Shown here one piece after another: positions 24,963-37,425 of a stretch of 64,000 nt of DNA. Positions within the stretch are counted from its first letter, which is position 1, and each line of letters starts with the position of its first letter. The position numbers and the translations under genes were made by a program. Origin of the DNA: Geosiphon pyriformis uo1 (Eukaryota; Fungi; Glomeromycota); assembly GCA_016748015.1 (NCBI GenBank), contig JAAOMT010000502.1, positions 682,001 through 746,000 of the forward strand. Direction: 5' to 3'. Below the pieces are notes generated by a model. That model was given only the letters and a program-made list of their open reading frames with translations. It was not told where the DNA came from and made no database searches.

Positions 24963-26347
24963 ATGGATCCCAGAAATTACAACAATATTAAAAACTATTT
25001 AGAGACTCTTATCATGCCAGAAAATTGGTCTCCAAGTAAAAAACATTGATTACAACACCAATCCAAACAATATTTCATACACCATAACAAAATCTATTAC
25101 AAAAATTGCAGAAACCCAAATCAACTACTCAAATTAATACAGAAAAATAAAAAAGAAACAATTCTATACAACATGTACACAGATCCTTCTTTAGCATACT
25201 TAAGAAGAGATAGAACAATTTAAAGAACTCTTGAACATTATTTTGGCCTCACATGCAAAAAAACATTCAACAATATGTAAAATTTTGTGATAATTGTCAA
25301 AAAAAAGGAGGAACTTGCCCCACAGAACCTTTAAATCCAATCAAAATTGAACAACTTTTTGACAAAGTTGGAATTGATTTAGTTGAATCATTACCTATTA
25401 CAACCCAAGGAAATTGTTATATTGCAGTTGTAGTAGATTATCTCACCAAATGGCCTGAAACTAGAGTCATCCAAAGAGCAGATGCAAAATCAGTAGCAAA
25501 TTTCATTTATGAAGACATTATTTGTAGACATGAATGCCCAATTGAACTTTTATCTGATCAAGGAACATATTTTGTGAACAACTTGATACAAGAAATTTGT
25601 GAATGATTCAATGTCTAAAGATCTTTATCATTACTTTATTACCCTTAAACAAATGGACTTGTAGAACGTTTTAACAGAACATTGTGTGAATCTTTAGCCA
25701 AAGTCTCAACAAATTTTGAGCAAGAATGAGATATCTTTATTCCATCAGTGTTACTAGTATACAGAACACTAAAACAAGATACTATAAAACACACACTATT
25801 TGATCTTACTTATGGAAGAACAGCAACATTACCAATTAATTTCACAGTGAAAACATACCCAGTGTAACCAATCAATAAAAAAAACTTTTAAGAAACACTC
25901 TAAAGAAGAGCTTATACTCTTCTTAGTATATTGGAAGGAAAGAAACACATAGCAGCTACTTATATTGAACACTCTCAAGCCTTACAAAAAAAAAGACATA
26001 ATAACAAACTGCTACCAATCACCAACAAATTTAAAGTTGAAAATAAAATTCTCTTATACAGAACTAAGGCTAAAAAACAATGGAATAGAAAATTTGAACA
26101 TAAATGGGATGGACTATTTTATATTCACAAAATTCTAGGCAACAGATTATACAAGTTAAGACTTGTTAACAAAGTATTAGCAAAAGTTGCATATTGAAAT
26201 CAACTGAAACACTATTATTCCAGAAACAATTCTGAACCATTAATTCCACAAATTGGTATATATTTCCTTTTAATTAATTCTAAAGATATTCCCCAAAATT
26301 TAGAACCAATAATTATAATAAAACAATAGCCAAATCTGAACACTTAA
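24963..26347 (+). pseudogene. Element C integrase (own ATG, MDPRNYNN...)
   Basis: CDNCQ, GIDLV, DYLTKWPE, LSDQGTYF motifs, collinear with 10196-11581. Confidence 0.9.
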
Positions 26348-26499
26348 TTTAACATTTTTACAATAATCCTTTTAAATACCCAAAACATAAAACAAAAATA
26401 GTAAATAATTACAAGAAATATTCAAATCCAAAAACAAATAAAAATCTATACCCAAAAATAATTTTCTTTATTCTTTTTTTTTAGTTAGTTATTTTTATC

Positions 26500-27203
26500 A
26501 TGATTATTCCTCGAAATATCCAACAAATATCTTAAAAATTAATGTTAGTCTTAAAAACACTTTTTGACTTATTTATAATAATTAATAGAAGTCAAATTAA
26601 TTACATTCAGAAAGAAACCATAGCCCCAGTAGTAAACAATTCTCGGAATTATCACTTCTATAGAAGAAAAACAAAAAGCCACTCTGAAAATCAATTACCA
26701 GAACTTTTGAAGCAAGCACTAAAAGAAAACCTTTTATTTGTCTCTATTGACATTCCACCAAATGCCACAATTTAACAAAAACTTCTACTATTTCTCAATA
26801 AACAGAACAATAAACATACTCTTATATATAGATATTTCCATATTGGAAAAACATTTTGTGAATAAAAACTGGAACTTGAAACAACTAACATTACTCCTGA
26901 GGCTATACAAAAACAAATTCACAATGAATTCAAGACAGCAGCTGGACCAACACTTGCTATAAACTTAGAGCAGCATTTAGACTCTATAATTTATTCAACA
27001 CTTGTAAAAACGTCTTACAAAATCCAATACTTCAGCCAATAAAGATTCAATACATTGGAAAGCTCACAAAACTGAAATTTCAACAATTTTCAGACCAGAT
27101 TACTTCAATTATCTTGGACTACTATCTTAACATCACAGATAGTGCTTGGACTTTAATGGAGCTTAGTCTTGAGGAGAAAATTATGTTACCAGTAGAATTT
27201 TAG
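26500..27203 (+). pseudogene. Element C accessory ORF3
   Basis: MIIPRNIQQIS...YRYFHIGKTF...RAAFRLYNLF homologous to ORF3 of A. One small frameshifting deletion near 26950. Confidence 0.78.
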
Positions 27204-28153
27204 CTATTAATTAGCATGAAATTACCTTCATAATGCCTATTATTAATTAGTATATATCATTATCATTTTGATTATCATTTATTATTTAATCAAATTATCA
27301 AATATTATTACTCAATCAATAATCCAATTTATACCATAGAAATTAAAATGATCAAATTACACAATACTCTGAACTATTTAATATAGTCAAAATTTGTCGA
27401 AATTAATGAAAATTCACCGAAATAATCAATAGTTCAGTGAAATAACTTGTAGTTTGCCAAAATATATCTTTAGTTTATCCAAATTATAGCAAAGAGAAAA
27501 GTGCAAGTTCAAAGACTAATACTACAACAAGTTGTATAAAAAAAAAGCTTCTCTCTTCAAGAAAATGTATCTTTTCATAGTATTTTAACATAGTATTTCA
27601 CTCTAAATATCTTAATTAAAACAAATCACCTTTTACACATTCAAATAAAAATTAAATATTCAAAAACCAAATCCCTTGATTATTGTATCTGAAATTTCCT
27701 TAACACAACTAACATTTTGAAATTGATTAGCTACCAATTTCAGTAATCTGTTAGTAACTCCAAGCCTGAATAGAAAACGTTTCCCTTGATAAAATTCTAT
27801 TTTTTTTACATTTCTTTTATTTTTTCTTTCTTTTCTTATTATAATCATTAGAATAGTCTACAGATGAGATTCCTGTAGAAGAGTTGACTTTCACAGCAAA
27901 GTAACTACACATTTTTAGTAAGCTTTCAGATGAGCAATTCTTGGGAAAGAGTTGAAATTTACTACAACATAATTACACAAAGCAACTGGCACAGAATTGG
28001 TCATTCCACTTATAAGCTCAGCAGTTCAAATTATAGGAGATAATTTGAAGATAAATTCAGTTACTGGAGGTCCAACTACTTCCAAAAAACATGAATATAC
28101 AGCAAATTAACATTAACAACATTCAAAAAAAAGACCAAAAACCTCTAGTAATA
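27184..28153 (+). repeat. Element C 3' LTR
   Basis: TGTTACCAG...CTAGTAATA, direct repeat of 18299-19269. Confidence 0.93.
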
Positions 28154-28540
28154 GTGTCAACTGTCAAATTAAGGATACATTACAAAAAACAGAGTTTTCT
28201 ATTAAAAAATGAATCCATAATTCCAGTTGTTTTTGGTTTAGCATCCTTGTGGTTCTGTAAAATAATTTGTGAATTTGGCTTAAAGTTGGACATTTATGTT
28301 TGTTTTGGTTTACATCTTGGTTTAGCAAGTATGCATTTCAGTTTTTTGCATGATTTTTTTGTAATGATTGGTTTAGATATATAGTATTGTCTTGATTAAT
28401 TCAAGTAGCTAGTCACATATAGAAAAAGCATAAGCCATATTTAATTTAGAATTTTATTTGATTTTATATACTTAAGTAGTAATTGAACTGCATTTATAAA
28501 ACTTTAATAAAAATAAAAATAAAAAAACAACAAAAATAAA

Positions 28541-29054
28541 ATAGTATAAATTAATCAATTAAATATTAATATTATAATATCAAAAATACCAAAAATATTA
28601 AAAATACCAAAAATACTAAGAATAATTAAAATTATTTTATATTATTAAATTTAGATATAAAAATTAAATAATTAAAAACTTAAAAACTATTTTTATTTTT
28701 AATTATTAATTAATACTAAAAACATAACTTTAATTTATTATTTTAAACAATAATTTTAATTATAATTATTAATATAATATTTATTTTTGTTTTTGTTTTT
28801 TTAAATAACTTATTAAAAAAATAATTAAATACCAAAATAATTTATTAAACAAAACAAAAAAATTAAATATAAAATTGTTAATAATAATATTTTTAACTTT
28901 TTGTTTTTATATTAGTATAATTAAAATTTATAGCTTTTATTAATTATTACATATATTAATTATTTAATATAATTAATTATTTTATTTTTAAATAAATTAT
29001 TAATATTAATTATTAATTTAATATTAAAATTTTTTAATAATTATAAAACAATAA
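28541..29054. other. Extremely AT-rich segment of unassigned origin
   Basis: Almost devoid of G and C. Contains a 9-bp tandem repeat at 28577-28621. Confidence 0.5.
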
Positions 29055-29247
29055 ATATTATATTTTAATAAATAAAATCTAAATAAAACTTAGTACAATA
29101 CATTAAATTAAGTAATTTAAACTAAGTATAAATTATATATTTTTTATATATAACTAATTATTTAGACTAATTAATATAATATTTATTTATTTTAACAAAA
29201 AATCATATTACTAATATTTGAAAAAAATAAACAAAATTTAAATATAC
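29055..29247 (-). mobile_element. 3' end of another LINE copy (hypermutated), interrupted by element D'
   Basis: 29088-29184 aligns without gaps to the reverse complement of the LINE 3' UTR 50424-50520. 29185-29247 resembles the ORF2 C-terminus (CLFFS). Confidence 0.8.
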
Positions 29248-30004
29248 TGTTATAGTTAAAACTTATACTTTTTATTAATTATTATATATATTAGCCACTG
29301 ATCTTATATTATTACGGTTGAAACCTATACTTTTTATTAATTATCATATGTATTAGCTACTGATGTTATATAATTAGCCACTCTATTTTTAGAAAATAAT
29401 TATTGATCTGATTATTGACTACTTTTAATAGCTATATAAGTGATGAATTTCTTAGCTGTAAAAAAGCATGTAAGAATTAAAGAAAAAAAATAAATAAAAT
29501 AACAATTTTCATCTCAATTATTCTATTATTACTAATTTTCTTTTCCCTACTTTTAAGTATCTGAATATTTTAGGATAAAAAATTACTTGTTGGTTATTTC
29601 TTACCCTTTTCCTGAAATGTGTAATTGTAGCATTTGAAGATTATTGAATAAAATGTGATTGAAGAGTATATCTAATATCTGATATTGAATTTTAAGAGCA
29701 CTAACATGAAGCATAAAATTATATTATTGTGTAATTATTTGTTAACAGTATAAACTATCCCTTTACTTTCAGATTCTCCAGTTATCTTTTGAAAAATATA
29801 GCAACTAAGATATTTTATGAAACTGATCTTGCACATTAAATTCATACTTATTCAATTTGCTCTTTGAAATTGAATTCTCTTTGATTCTTTTTATCATTCT
29901 ACAATTCTGTTCTTCCTTGCTATTTGTTAGCTTATTACTTCAACCCATAACATAAAAGTGGTGCTTCCTGTGAAGTTGTCAAAATCTACTTTGTTTTTTA
30001 TTGT

Positions 30005-31553
30005 ATGGATGATTATTTATATCTGTTACAACAATTAAAAAAACACTTTGAAACACACAACAAAAACAATCTAAACTTTATTGAACTCAATCCTTTGTTC
30101 TTCTGCTTAATTTGCTTCCTTATCAAAGAACAATCCAGTAAACAATTCCAAGACTTTTGGAACTGGTTCTTAAATAAGCATTCAGCTGAAATCTATACAG
30201 CCTATGCAACTTATTACTTTGACCAAGCTTATCTTGAAGACAACTTTAAAGAAAAAACAACAACATTAATTAACTTTTATATTTCACAACTTTTGAATAA
30301 CTGCTTTCTGATTTTGAATATCTAAATCACCAAATTCACATTTGGATTGCTGCCCATTAGCTAGCAGAGACTTCTTTTGAAATAGAAAAAAAAGCTATCA
30401 AACTGCTTCTGTTTTTGATCTCTTCTCAAGTGAATCAGAACATTCTACACAAACAGCTACTTCTGAACTAATGGCTAATAACCTCATACAACAAAACATT
30501 CTGATCACTCTCCAGAGAATACAAACTGCTTTAGAACAAAAAAATAACACACTATTACCTTTATTTAGAAGTAATATACAAGACTCAATTGAATAGTTAA
30601 ATGATTTTGAAAGAACAGTCACTACTAATTAATATAATAATAAGTACAAGTTCCAAATTATTGGTGGCTATCTCTAAGACTCTCCTGCTACTTGGTTCTC
30701 ACAAAAAACTGATGCTGGTGCTCACCAAAAAATTATTAGATAGACACCAACAAATGCTGAAGAAGAAAACACCTCTTTCACAACCTGGTTTGAAACTAAA
30801 TTTAGAACTCCTATTCTAATATCCAAATAGTACATAGAATTAGAAAAAAGAATCTAAGATTTTAGTAAAGTTGTAACTGAATATGCCAAAGCAATCAGAA
30901 AGTTAATCAAGCAAATAAACTCTGAAAAAAACTGGACAGAAAAGCAAAAGATTCATTTTTTTACAAAAGAATTGAGAACTGATCTTTCAAATGCTTTTTG
31001 GCCTCTCTTGGCTCTAAAAGACCATCCTACAATAAATATGGCCATTGAATTAGCCCAATGAATTGAAAACAATCAAAAAATGCACTTGGGATCCACACTT
31101 CCAGTTTTTGTTCCTGCTTCTGTTATGACTTCTGCTCCTTAAATAATTGCCACTTTTTTTGTTGTTCAAACTTCAAATCTCAATAAATAATTGATAGATA
31201 GACTTACAGCCAATTTTGCCCAGCTATTAGAACTCTTAGCCCAAGCAGTCAGAAAGAATCAACAACTTTAAAGACCCAGATATGAACCCTATTTTAATCA
31301 ACTCCAATAATTTCCTTATCAAAGACAACAAAATTGTGGTTCATCTGTGTGTTATTGCTGTAAATTAACTGAACATTTTTTCAGAGATTACAACAATCTT
31401 CCTTTGCCTTCTCCAGCTTCCAGAAACAATAATAATCAAAACAACAGAACCATCAACAACAATATTTCCAATCAAAGACCCAATCATGTCAACATCAATT
31501 TCTTTGGAGAGAATTCCTTAGTTAAAACCACTGTTTATTAGCTTTTAAACTAG
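30005..31553 (+). pseudogene. Element D gag, disrupted
   Basis: ATG at 30005, capsid-like region about 30550-31080, zinc knuckle remnant CYCCKLTEHFFRDY. Confidence 0.8.
31544..31550 (+). promoter_or_regulatory. Probable -1 ribosomal frameshift heptamer T TTA AAC (gag-pol)
   Basis: Correctly phased in the gag frame, followed by a stop. The -1 frame matches the downstream pol fragment. The same motif is at 40858-40864 in D'. Confidence 0.7.
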
Positions 31554-34206
31554 TAGGTGCATCTTCAAAGGGTAAGAGTACAAGCTAACCAGAAGAAAAC
31601 CTCTTTTATGCTTTTAATCTAACTGATAATGATCATAACATAGATGAATTAGCAATCAACACTTTTGAATCAACAAAAAAGAAAAAAAAAGCCAAGGTTA
31701 ATTTCGTTCTGGACCCAAACAAAATATTCACATTAACTGCTAATAACAATGAGTCACTAAAGACTAAAATTTTTAAAAATTCTCCAAAGTTGAAATCCTC
31801 AGAGATAGTACAAAAATCTGGTCCTTATTTTGTTGTTAAAAATCTAATAGAAACCTTAGCACATATTACTTTTGGCCAGCTAATAATCTATCTACAATTC
31901 AGAAAAAACCTTTGTAAATCTTTGATTCCAAAAAAAAAACACCAAAAATCAACAAGTGCTTTTGCCAAGCTGGATTTGCTGACAACAGCAATGTTACTTT
32001 TTTGATTTGCAAAGCCCAAATAACTGGCTATTTTATTGATCTAATCTTAGACAATAGATCATCTGTCAGTATTATTGCCAAACATTTCCTTAAAACAATT
32101 GGCAGAAAGATTGATGAACTCTCAACTAGACCAATAACCAATATACATAGTGACAAAAAGAAAGGGCTTGGTATAGCCAAAGCTGTTCTTGTCTGTATTA
32201 ATGACATCAGCATTGAAACTGATATAGAAGTATTCAAAGCAAAAGAGTACACCATAATTGTTGACAATAAGTGGCTCAAGAAAGCCAAAGCACTACTTAA
32301 CTATGAACTTTGTGAGCTAACCATCAGATGTGATGAGAAACTTATTATAATTAAGTGCTGTCATTAGATAACTCCTTCAATAACCAAGCAGAACCAAGAA
32401 GAAGAACAATCAGATAATAATAAGAGTAATAAAGAAGAAACTGCTGAACTCATCTATACAATCTTTATCAGCAATGACAAGCCACTGGACAATGTTAAAG
32501 CTGACAAAGAAAGAATCATGGTAAATGACAAGCTGATCTGCTGGTCTTATTATAATATTCTCAAAAAAACTTTTGATAAAAAATCTGGCAAAAAAGCCAA
32601 ATACAACTATTGGTAACATGGTCCTTGTATCAAATACTGGTGCAATAAACTTTTGTATTCTCCTAGTAATAAATGCAAGTTCTGCCTGATTTATTACAAA
32701 AATTAGGAGTTAATTAGTTTAATACCCAAAGAAAAACTAAAAGAAATACAGAAGTCCTTTGAGAATAAACCACTTGAAATCCAATCACTAGTTATAGAAC
32801 AAAAAAAACATTTCCCTAAAGAAAGAAAAATGGACATTGAAAACTTGTTGACTAGAAATAGCCCAGTTATCTTAAAAAAAAGTGACATCCTTGGATGAAC
32901 TCATGTGATACAACACACTATTACTACTAAAGAAACTTGTCCCATCTATTTGAAGTTTTATCAATTCAATTGATGCAATAATAAGTTTATCAAGAAAAAG
33001 ATAATTTGAATAAAAAATCTTGAATTCATATAAAAAACCAAGAATGAATGGGCTTTTCTAGTTGTAATGGTATTCAAAAAAGATAGAACTCTATGCTTTT
33101 GTATCAACTACTGCCAATTAAATGTCATCACTATAAGAGACATATACATATTCTCTAAAATTGATGCAATACTAGATAAATTCAAAGATGCTGCTTTATT
33201 CTCAACTATTGACCTAACTGCTAAATTTTGACAAGTAGAGATAAAACCAGAAAGCAGAAAAAAAACTGTTTTTATTACCAAGTATGACACCTATGAATTT
33301 ACAATTATGTTTTTTGGTCTCATTAATGCCTCTTTCACCTTTCAATGTTTAATAGACAAAGTGTTTGAATCAGTAAAAAAAAACTTTGTTTTAGTCTACT
33401 TAGATGACATAATAGTATACTCAAAAACCTGGAATGAACATCTTGAACACTTGCAAAAAGTCTTTAACCTGCTCAGAAATACTGGTCTCAAGATAAATCC
33501 AATTAAATCTTTTTTTGGATGTCAATCCACCCAGTTTTTTGGTCATTTTATTACAAAAGATGAAATTTTTCTTGATCTAACTAAGGTTAAAAAAGTTCAG
33601 AATATTAAACAATCAATAAATGTTTCTAAACTATGTTCTTTTCTTGGTTTGGCTTCTTACTATCACAAATTTATCAAGAATTTCTCCAAAATTGTCTTTC
33701 CTCTTAATCAGCTACTCAGAAAAAATGTCAATTATTACTGGAGCACTTATCAACAAAAAGCTTTTGAAATTCTAAAGGAAAAACTTATTACTAAACCAAT
33801 TCTTAAGCAACCTAATCTGGACCAATCTTTTATTCTCCACACTAATATATCTGATTATAGACTTGGTGCTATTCTCTTATAAAAAGATGAAAATAGCAGA
33901 GAACATGCTATAGCATATACCAGTAGATCTCTTACACCAGGAGAAAAAAATTATTTAATAACTGAACAAGAATGTTTAACAGTAGTTTGGACTACTAGTT
34001 ACTGGAATTAATATCTTCTTGGTTTGAAATTCTTAGTAATAACAGATTATCAAGTCTTGGTTTGACTGCACAATAAAAAGAAACTAGAACACAAACAAAT
34101 AACCCACTGGATACTCCACTTGGATGAATTTAACTATGATATTCAACACTGCAAAGAAGCAAATTATCAAAATGCTAACACTTTTTTTAGACTTATCATC
34201 CAATAA
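31550..34206 (+). pseudogene. Element D pol (PR-RT-RNase H), disrupted
   Basis: DLILDNRSSVS protease, MFFGLINASFTFQ and YLDD RT motifs, FILHTNISDYRLGAIL RNase H start. Confidence 0.9.
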
Positions 34207-34271
34207 TAGTACAAGCTTCTCAAACCAACTCATCTTAATTATTAATAAATCTTTTATAAACAAACACAATA

Positions 34272-35582
34272 ATAGACTTAGACAACTACTCTGCCTTAAT
34301 GAAATTTTTGGGTAAAGAACAATACCCACTAGAATACACTCAACAGCAAAGAGAACATTTGTGTAAATAATCAAATTTTTATTTGATTTGTCAGAACCAA
34401 TTATATAAAAAAAACAAAAAAAATTCTGACTGCTTCCAAAAAGTCATCAGATTTGAAGAAAGAGAAATTGTAATATACAACATATACACTGACCTATTAG
34501 CTAAACACTTTGGAAAAACAAAAACAATTTAGAAAACTTTAGCTTGCTATTATTAATCTACTTTAAGAAAGGACATTGCTAAATACATTAAAACCTATAA
34601 CATCTGCCAAAGAAGAGACAAACCCAATTGCAAAGAAGATATTCATCCAATTTCTGTAGATCAACCATTTGACAGAATTGGTATAGATGTTGTTGAATCT
34701 TTAATAATAACTCTTAATAGCAACAGATACATTATTAAAGCTACCAATTATCTTACAAAGTGAGTAGAAGCAAGAGCCATTTCAGATTAAACAGCAGTCT
34801 CAATAGCCAATTTCATTTATAAAGATATCATCTGTCATTATGGCTGTCCCAAAAAACTTTTATTTAATAGAAAAAGAGCTTTTTTCATTACACTGGTTAA
34901 AGAACTTTGTAGAAAAATAGGAATACATCATAAATTTTCTTCTTACCACCCTTAAACAAATGATTTATTAAAATATTTCAATAAAACACTATGTAAAATC
35001 CTAACCAAAACCAGTAAAGAAACAAACTTATAAGACAAAGTACTGCTCTTAGTTTTGTTTGCTTATAGAACTGTGAATTATGACATAACAAGTTATGAAT
35101 CTTTTTATTTGCTTTATGGATACATGACAACATTACCAATAGAGACTAACATTGAAACAATATCCTTTGAAGAAATTACAATAGGAAATTACAAAGACAT
35201 TTTGCAAAAAAAACTTGGTATTATTCTTGACTCCTTGGTAGAAACATAAATAATTGCTTTTGAAAAGATAAAACAGTTCCAAGAAAAGCTTAAGAAAAAG
35301 AAAATCTATAAAACACTTTCTTTAAGTATTGGTAACTTGATATTAAAATACTGTTTAGACAGAAACAATATCTATGATAATAAATTCTCTAGCTGATAAA
35401 AAAGACTTTTTATAGTTAACAAAGTTTTAAACAATAGTTCTTATATTCTTTAAAATCAATCTGAAACAATCTTTAATGATCATTCTGTTCATAGTACATA
35501 ATTCAAGAAATATTATAAATGACCTGATTGGTTGCCTGTTGTGATAATACTAATTCAGATGATTAGCAAAAATCAAGTATAA
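34272..35582 (+). pseudogene. Element D integrase (separate ORF, start decayed to ATA)
   Basis: DLDNYSALMKFL N-terminus, QPFDRIGIDVV, YHP-TN motifs. End approximate. Confidence 0.82.
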
Positions 35583-36279
35583 ATAAATGCATCATTTCCA
35601 AAACAAAGATATTTTCAATTAACATGAACAATTATTTTCTGAATTAAAACATTCAAAACATTTTCTATATTCTCCATGAATATTAGATCAAAAATTATTC
35701 AAATACTTCTCTAACTATTAGAAAACAAACCACCATAACTAATAACAGTGGAATACATACTGTTATTAGACCAAAAAAACCACTACTAGAAGAAAAAAAA
35801 TTGGTAGCAAAATGAATAAATATCTGTTAGAAAGTATAACAGCAGCTATACTCTTATTTTCTAGTACAATTGAAAAAACAATCCAGAAAATCTTGCCCAT
35901 AGACAAAAATTTGTTATATGAAAGGCAATTAGAACTCTATAATTGCTTTGGAGAAATCATAGAGAATATAAAACTTATGAAGAAAACAACTTCAAAGATA
36001 CAAGCAGAAATTTTGGGCATTATATGATTAAATGTCCCAAGAGTTTTAACTATTGCTAAAAGAGCCAAAACTCTAATACATAAATTTGGTCTCTTGAATA
36101 CAAAACTTATTTCACTTCAAGTATTATATATTTTATTCACAAAAGATTTCAACAAATTAGTTAACTTTGAGTTAGATAAAACTCTTCAAATAGATTACAT
36201 TATGAATAGCTTGATTTTACTGGAGTTCAATCTTTTTGGAAAAGATAATATTATGTTTGAAACTTATACTTCTTATTAA
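35583..36279 (+). pseudogene. Element D accessory ORF3 (distant homolog)
   Basis: Fragments 35812-36027 and 36094-36279 are in one frame between integrase and LTR. LELYNCFGEII and IAKRAKTLIHKF loosely match the ORF3 motifs of A and E. Confidence 0.6.
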
Positions 36280-36678
36280 TTATTACATGTATTAACCACT
36301 CTATTTTTAGAAAGTGATTATTAATCTGATCAATGATTTGACTATTAACCTAATTGTTAACCTGATTATTGACCATTTTTAATAGCTATATAAGCAATGA
36401 ATCTTTTAGCTGTAGAAAAGCATATAAGAATTAAAGAAAGAAAATAAATTAAATAACAACTTTTATCTCAATTATTTTCTTATTACTAATTTTTCTTTCC
36501 TTATCTTCAAGTATTTGAACATTTTGGGATAAAAGATTACTTGTTGGTTATTTCTTACTCTTTTTCTGAAATGTGTAATTGCAGTATTTAAAGATTATTA
36601 AATAAAATATGACTGAAAAGTACATCTGATATCTGATATTAAATTCTAAGAGTGCCAATATAAAGCATATAATTATAT

Positions 36679-37425
36679 TGTTATGGATTGGAGTAACAAG
36701 CTAATGGATAGCAAGGGAGAACAGGATTGTAAGGTGATGAAAATAATCAAAGAGAATTCAACTTCAAAGAGCAAATTAAATAAGTATGGATTTAATGTGT
36801 GAGATTAGTCTCATAAAATATCTCAGTTGCTATTCTTTTCAAAAGATAACTGAAGAATCTGAAGGTAGAAAAATAGTCTGTACTGTCAATAAATAATCAC
36901 TTGGTATAATTCTATGTCTTACATCAGTGCTCTTAGAATTCAATATCAAGTATCAGATGTGCTCTTCAGTCACGTTTTATTTAATAATCTTCAAATGCTA
37001 TACTTATATGTTTCAGGAAAAAGAGTAGATAAATGTCAACAAGTAATTTTTTATCCCAAGATGTTCGGATACTTAAAGGTAGGAAAAGAGAAATTAGCAA
37101 TAAGAGAATGATTAAGATAAAAGTTGTTATTTTATTTATTCTTGATTATTTTGAACATGCTTTTTTATAGCTAAGAGATTCATCACTTATATAGCTGTCA
37201 AAAGTGGTCAATGATCAAGTCAATGACTAAATCAATAATTAGGTCAATGGTCAGATTAATAATCAGATCATTGATCAAGTCAATAATTAGGTCAATAATC
37301 AGATCAACAGTTAGGTCATTGATTAGGTCAATGATCACTATTTAAAAATAGTATGGCTAATTTATATAACATCAGTGGTTAATACATGTAATAATTAATA
37401 AGAAGTATAAGTTTCAACCATAACA
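36679..37425 (-). repeat. Solo LTR, family D, inverted inside the 3' LTR of D
   Basis: TGTTA...TAACA termini, TSD ATAT (36675-36678, 37426-37429). Confidence 0.92.
37204..37335. repeat. 12-bp tandem array (AATCAGGTCAAT-like) in the family-D LTR
   Basis: About 10 degenerate units. Shorter versions at 29398-29420, 36318-36375, 37689-37795 and 43272-43345. Confidence 0.85.

Larger units (their letters stand above)
18299..28153 (+). mobile_element. Ty3/Gypsy LTR retrotransposon C (complete, same family as A)
   Basis: LTRs 18299-19269 and 27184-28153, TSD GTGC/GTGT, PBS 19272-19288, PPT 27171-27180, internal region collinear with A. Confidence 0.96.
15135..28540 (+). mobile_element. LINE copy 2, 5'-truncated (RT-RNase H-CCHC part of ORF2, 3' UTR, A-rich tail), split by element C
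   Basis: Peptides 15859-16161, 16363-16947 and 17059-17436 (IYIDGLIK RNase H motif) match ORF2 at 47040-50426. The 3' UTR 28382-28510 matches 50424-50555. Confidence 0.88.

Noticed and set aside
31533-31570. 38-nt GT...AG intron joining gag and pol in family D
   Set aside because: Very short and without a clear branch point or pyrimidine tract; the phased TTTAAAC frameshift explains the frame change better, though it is not excluded.
37204-37335. AGGTCA repeats as nuclear-receptor response elements
   Set aside because: The context appears fungal, where nuclear receptors are absent; treated only as an LTR minisatellite.
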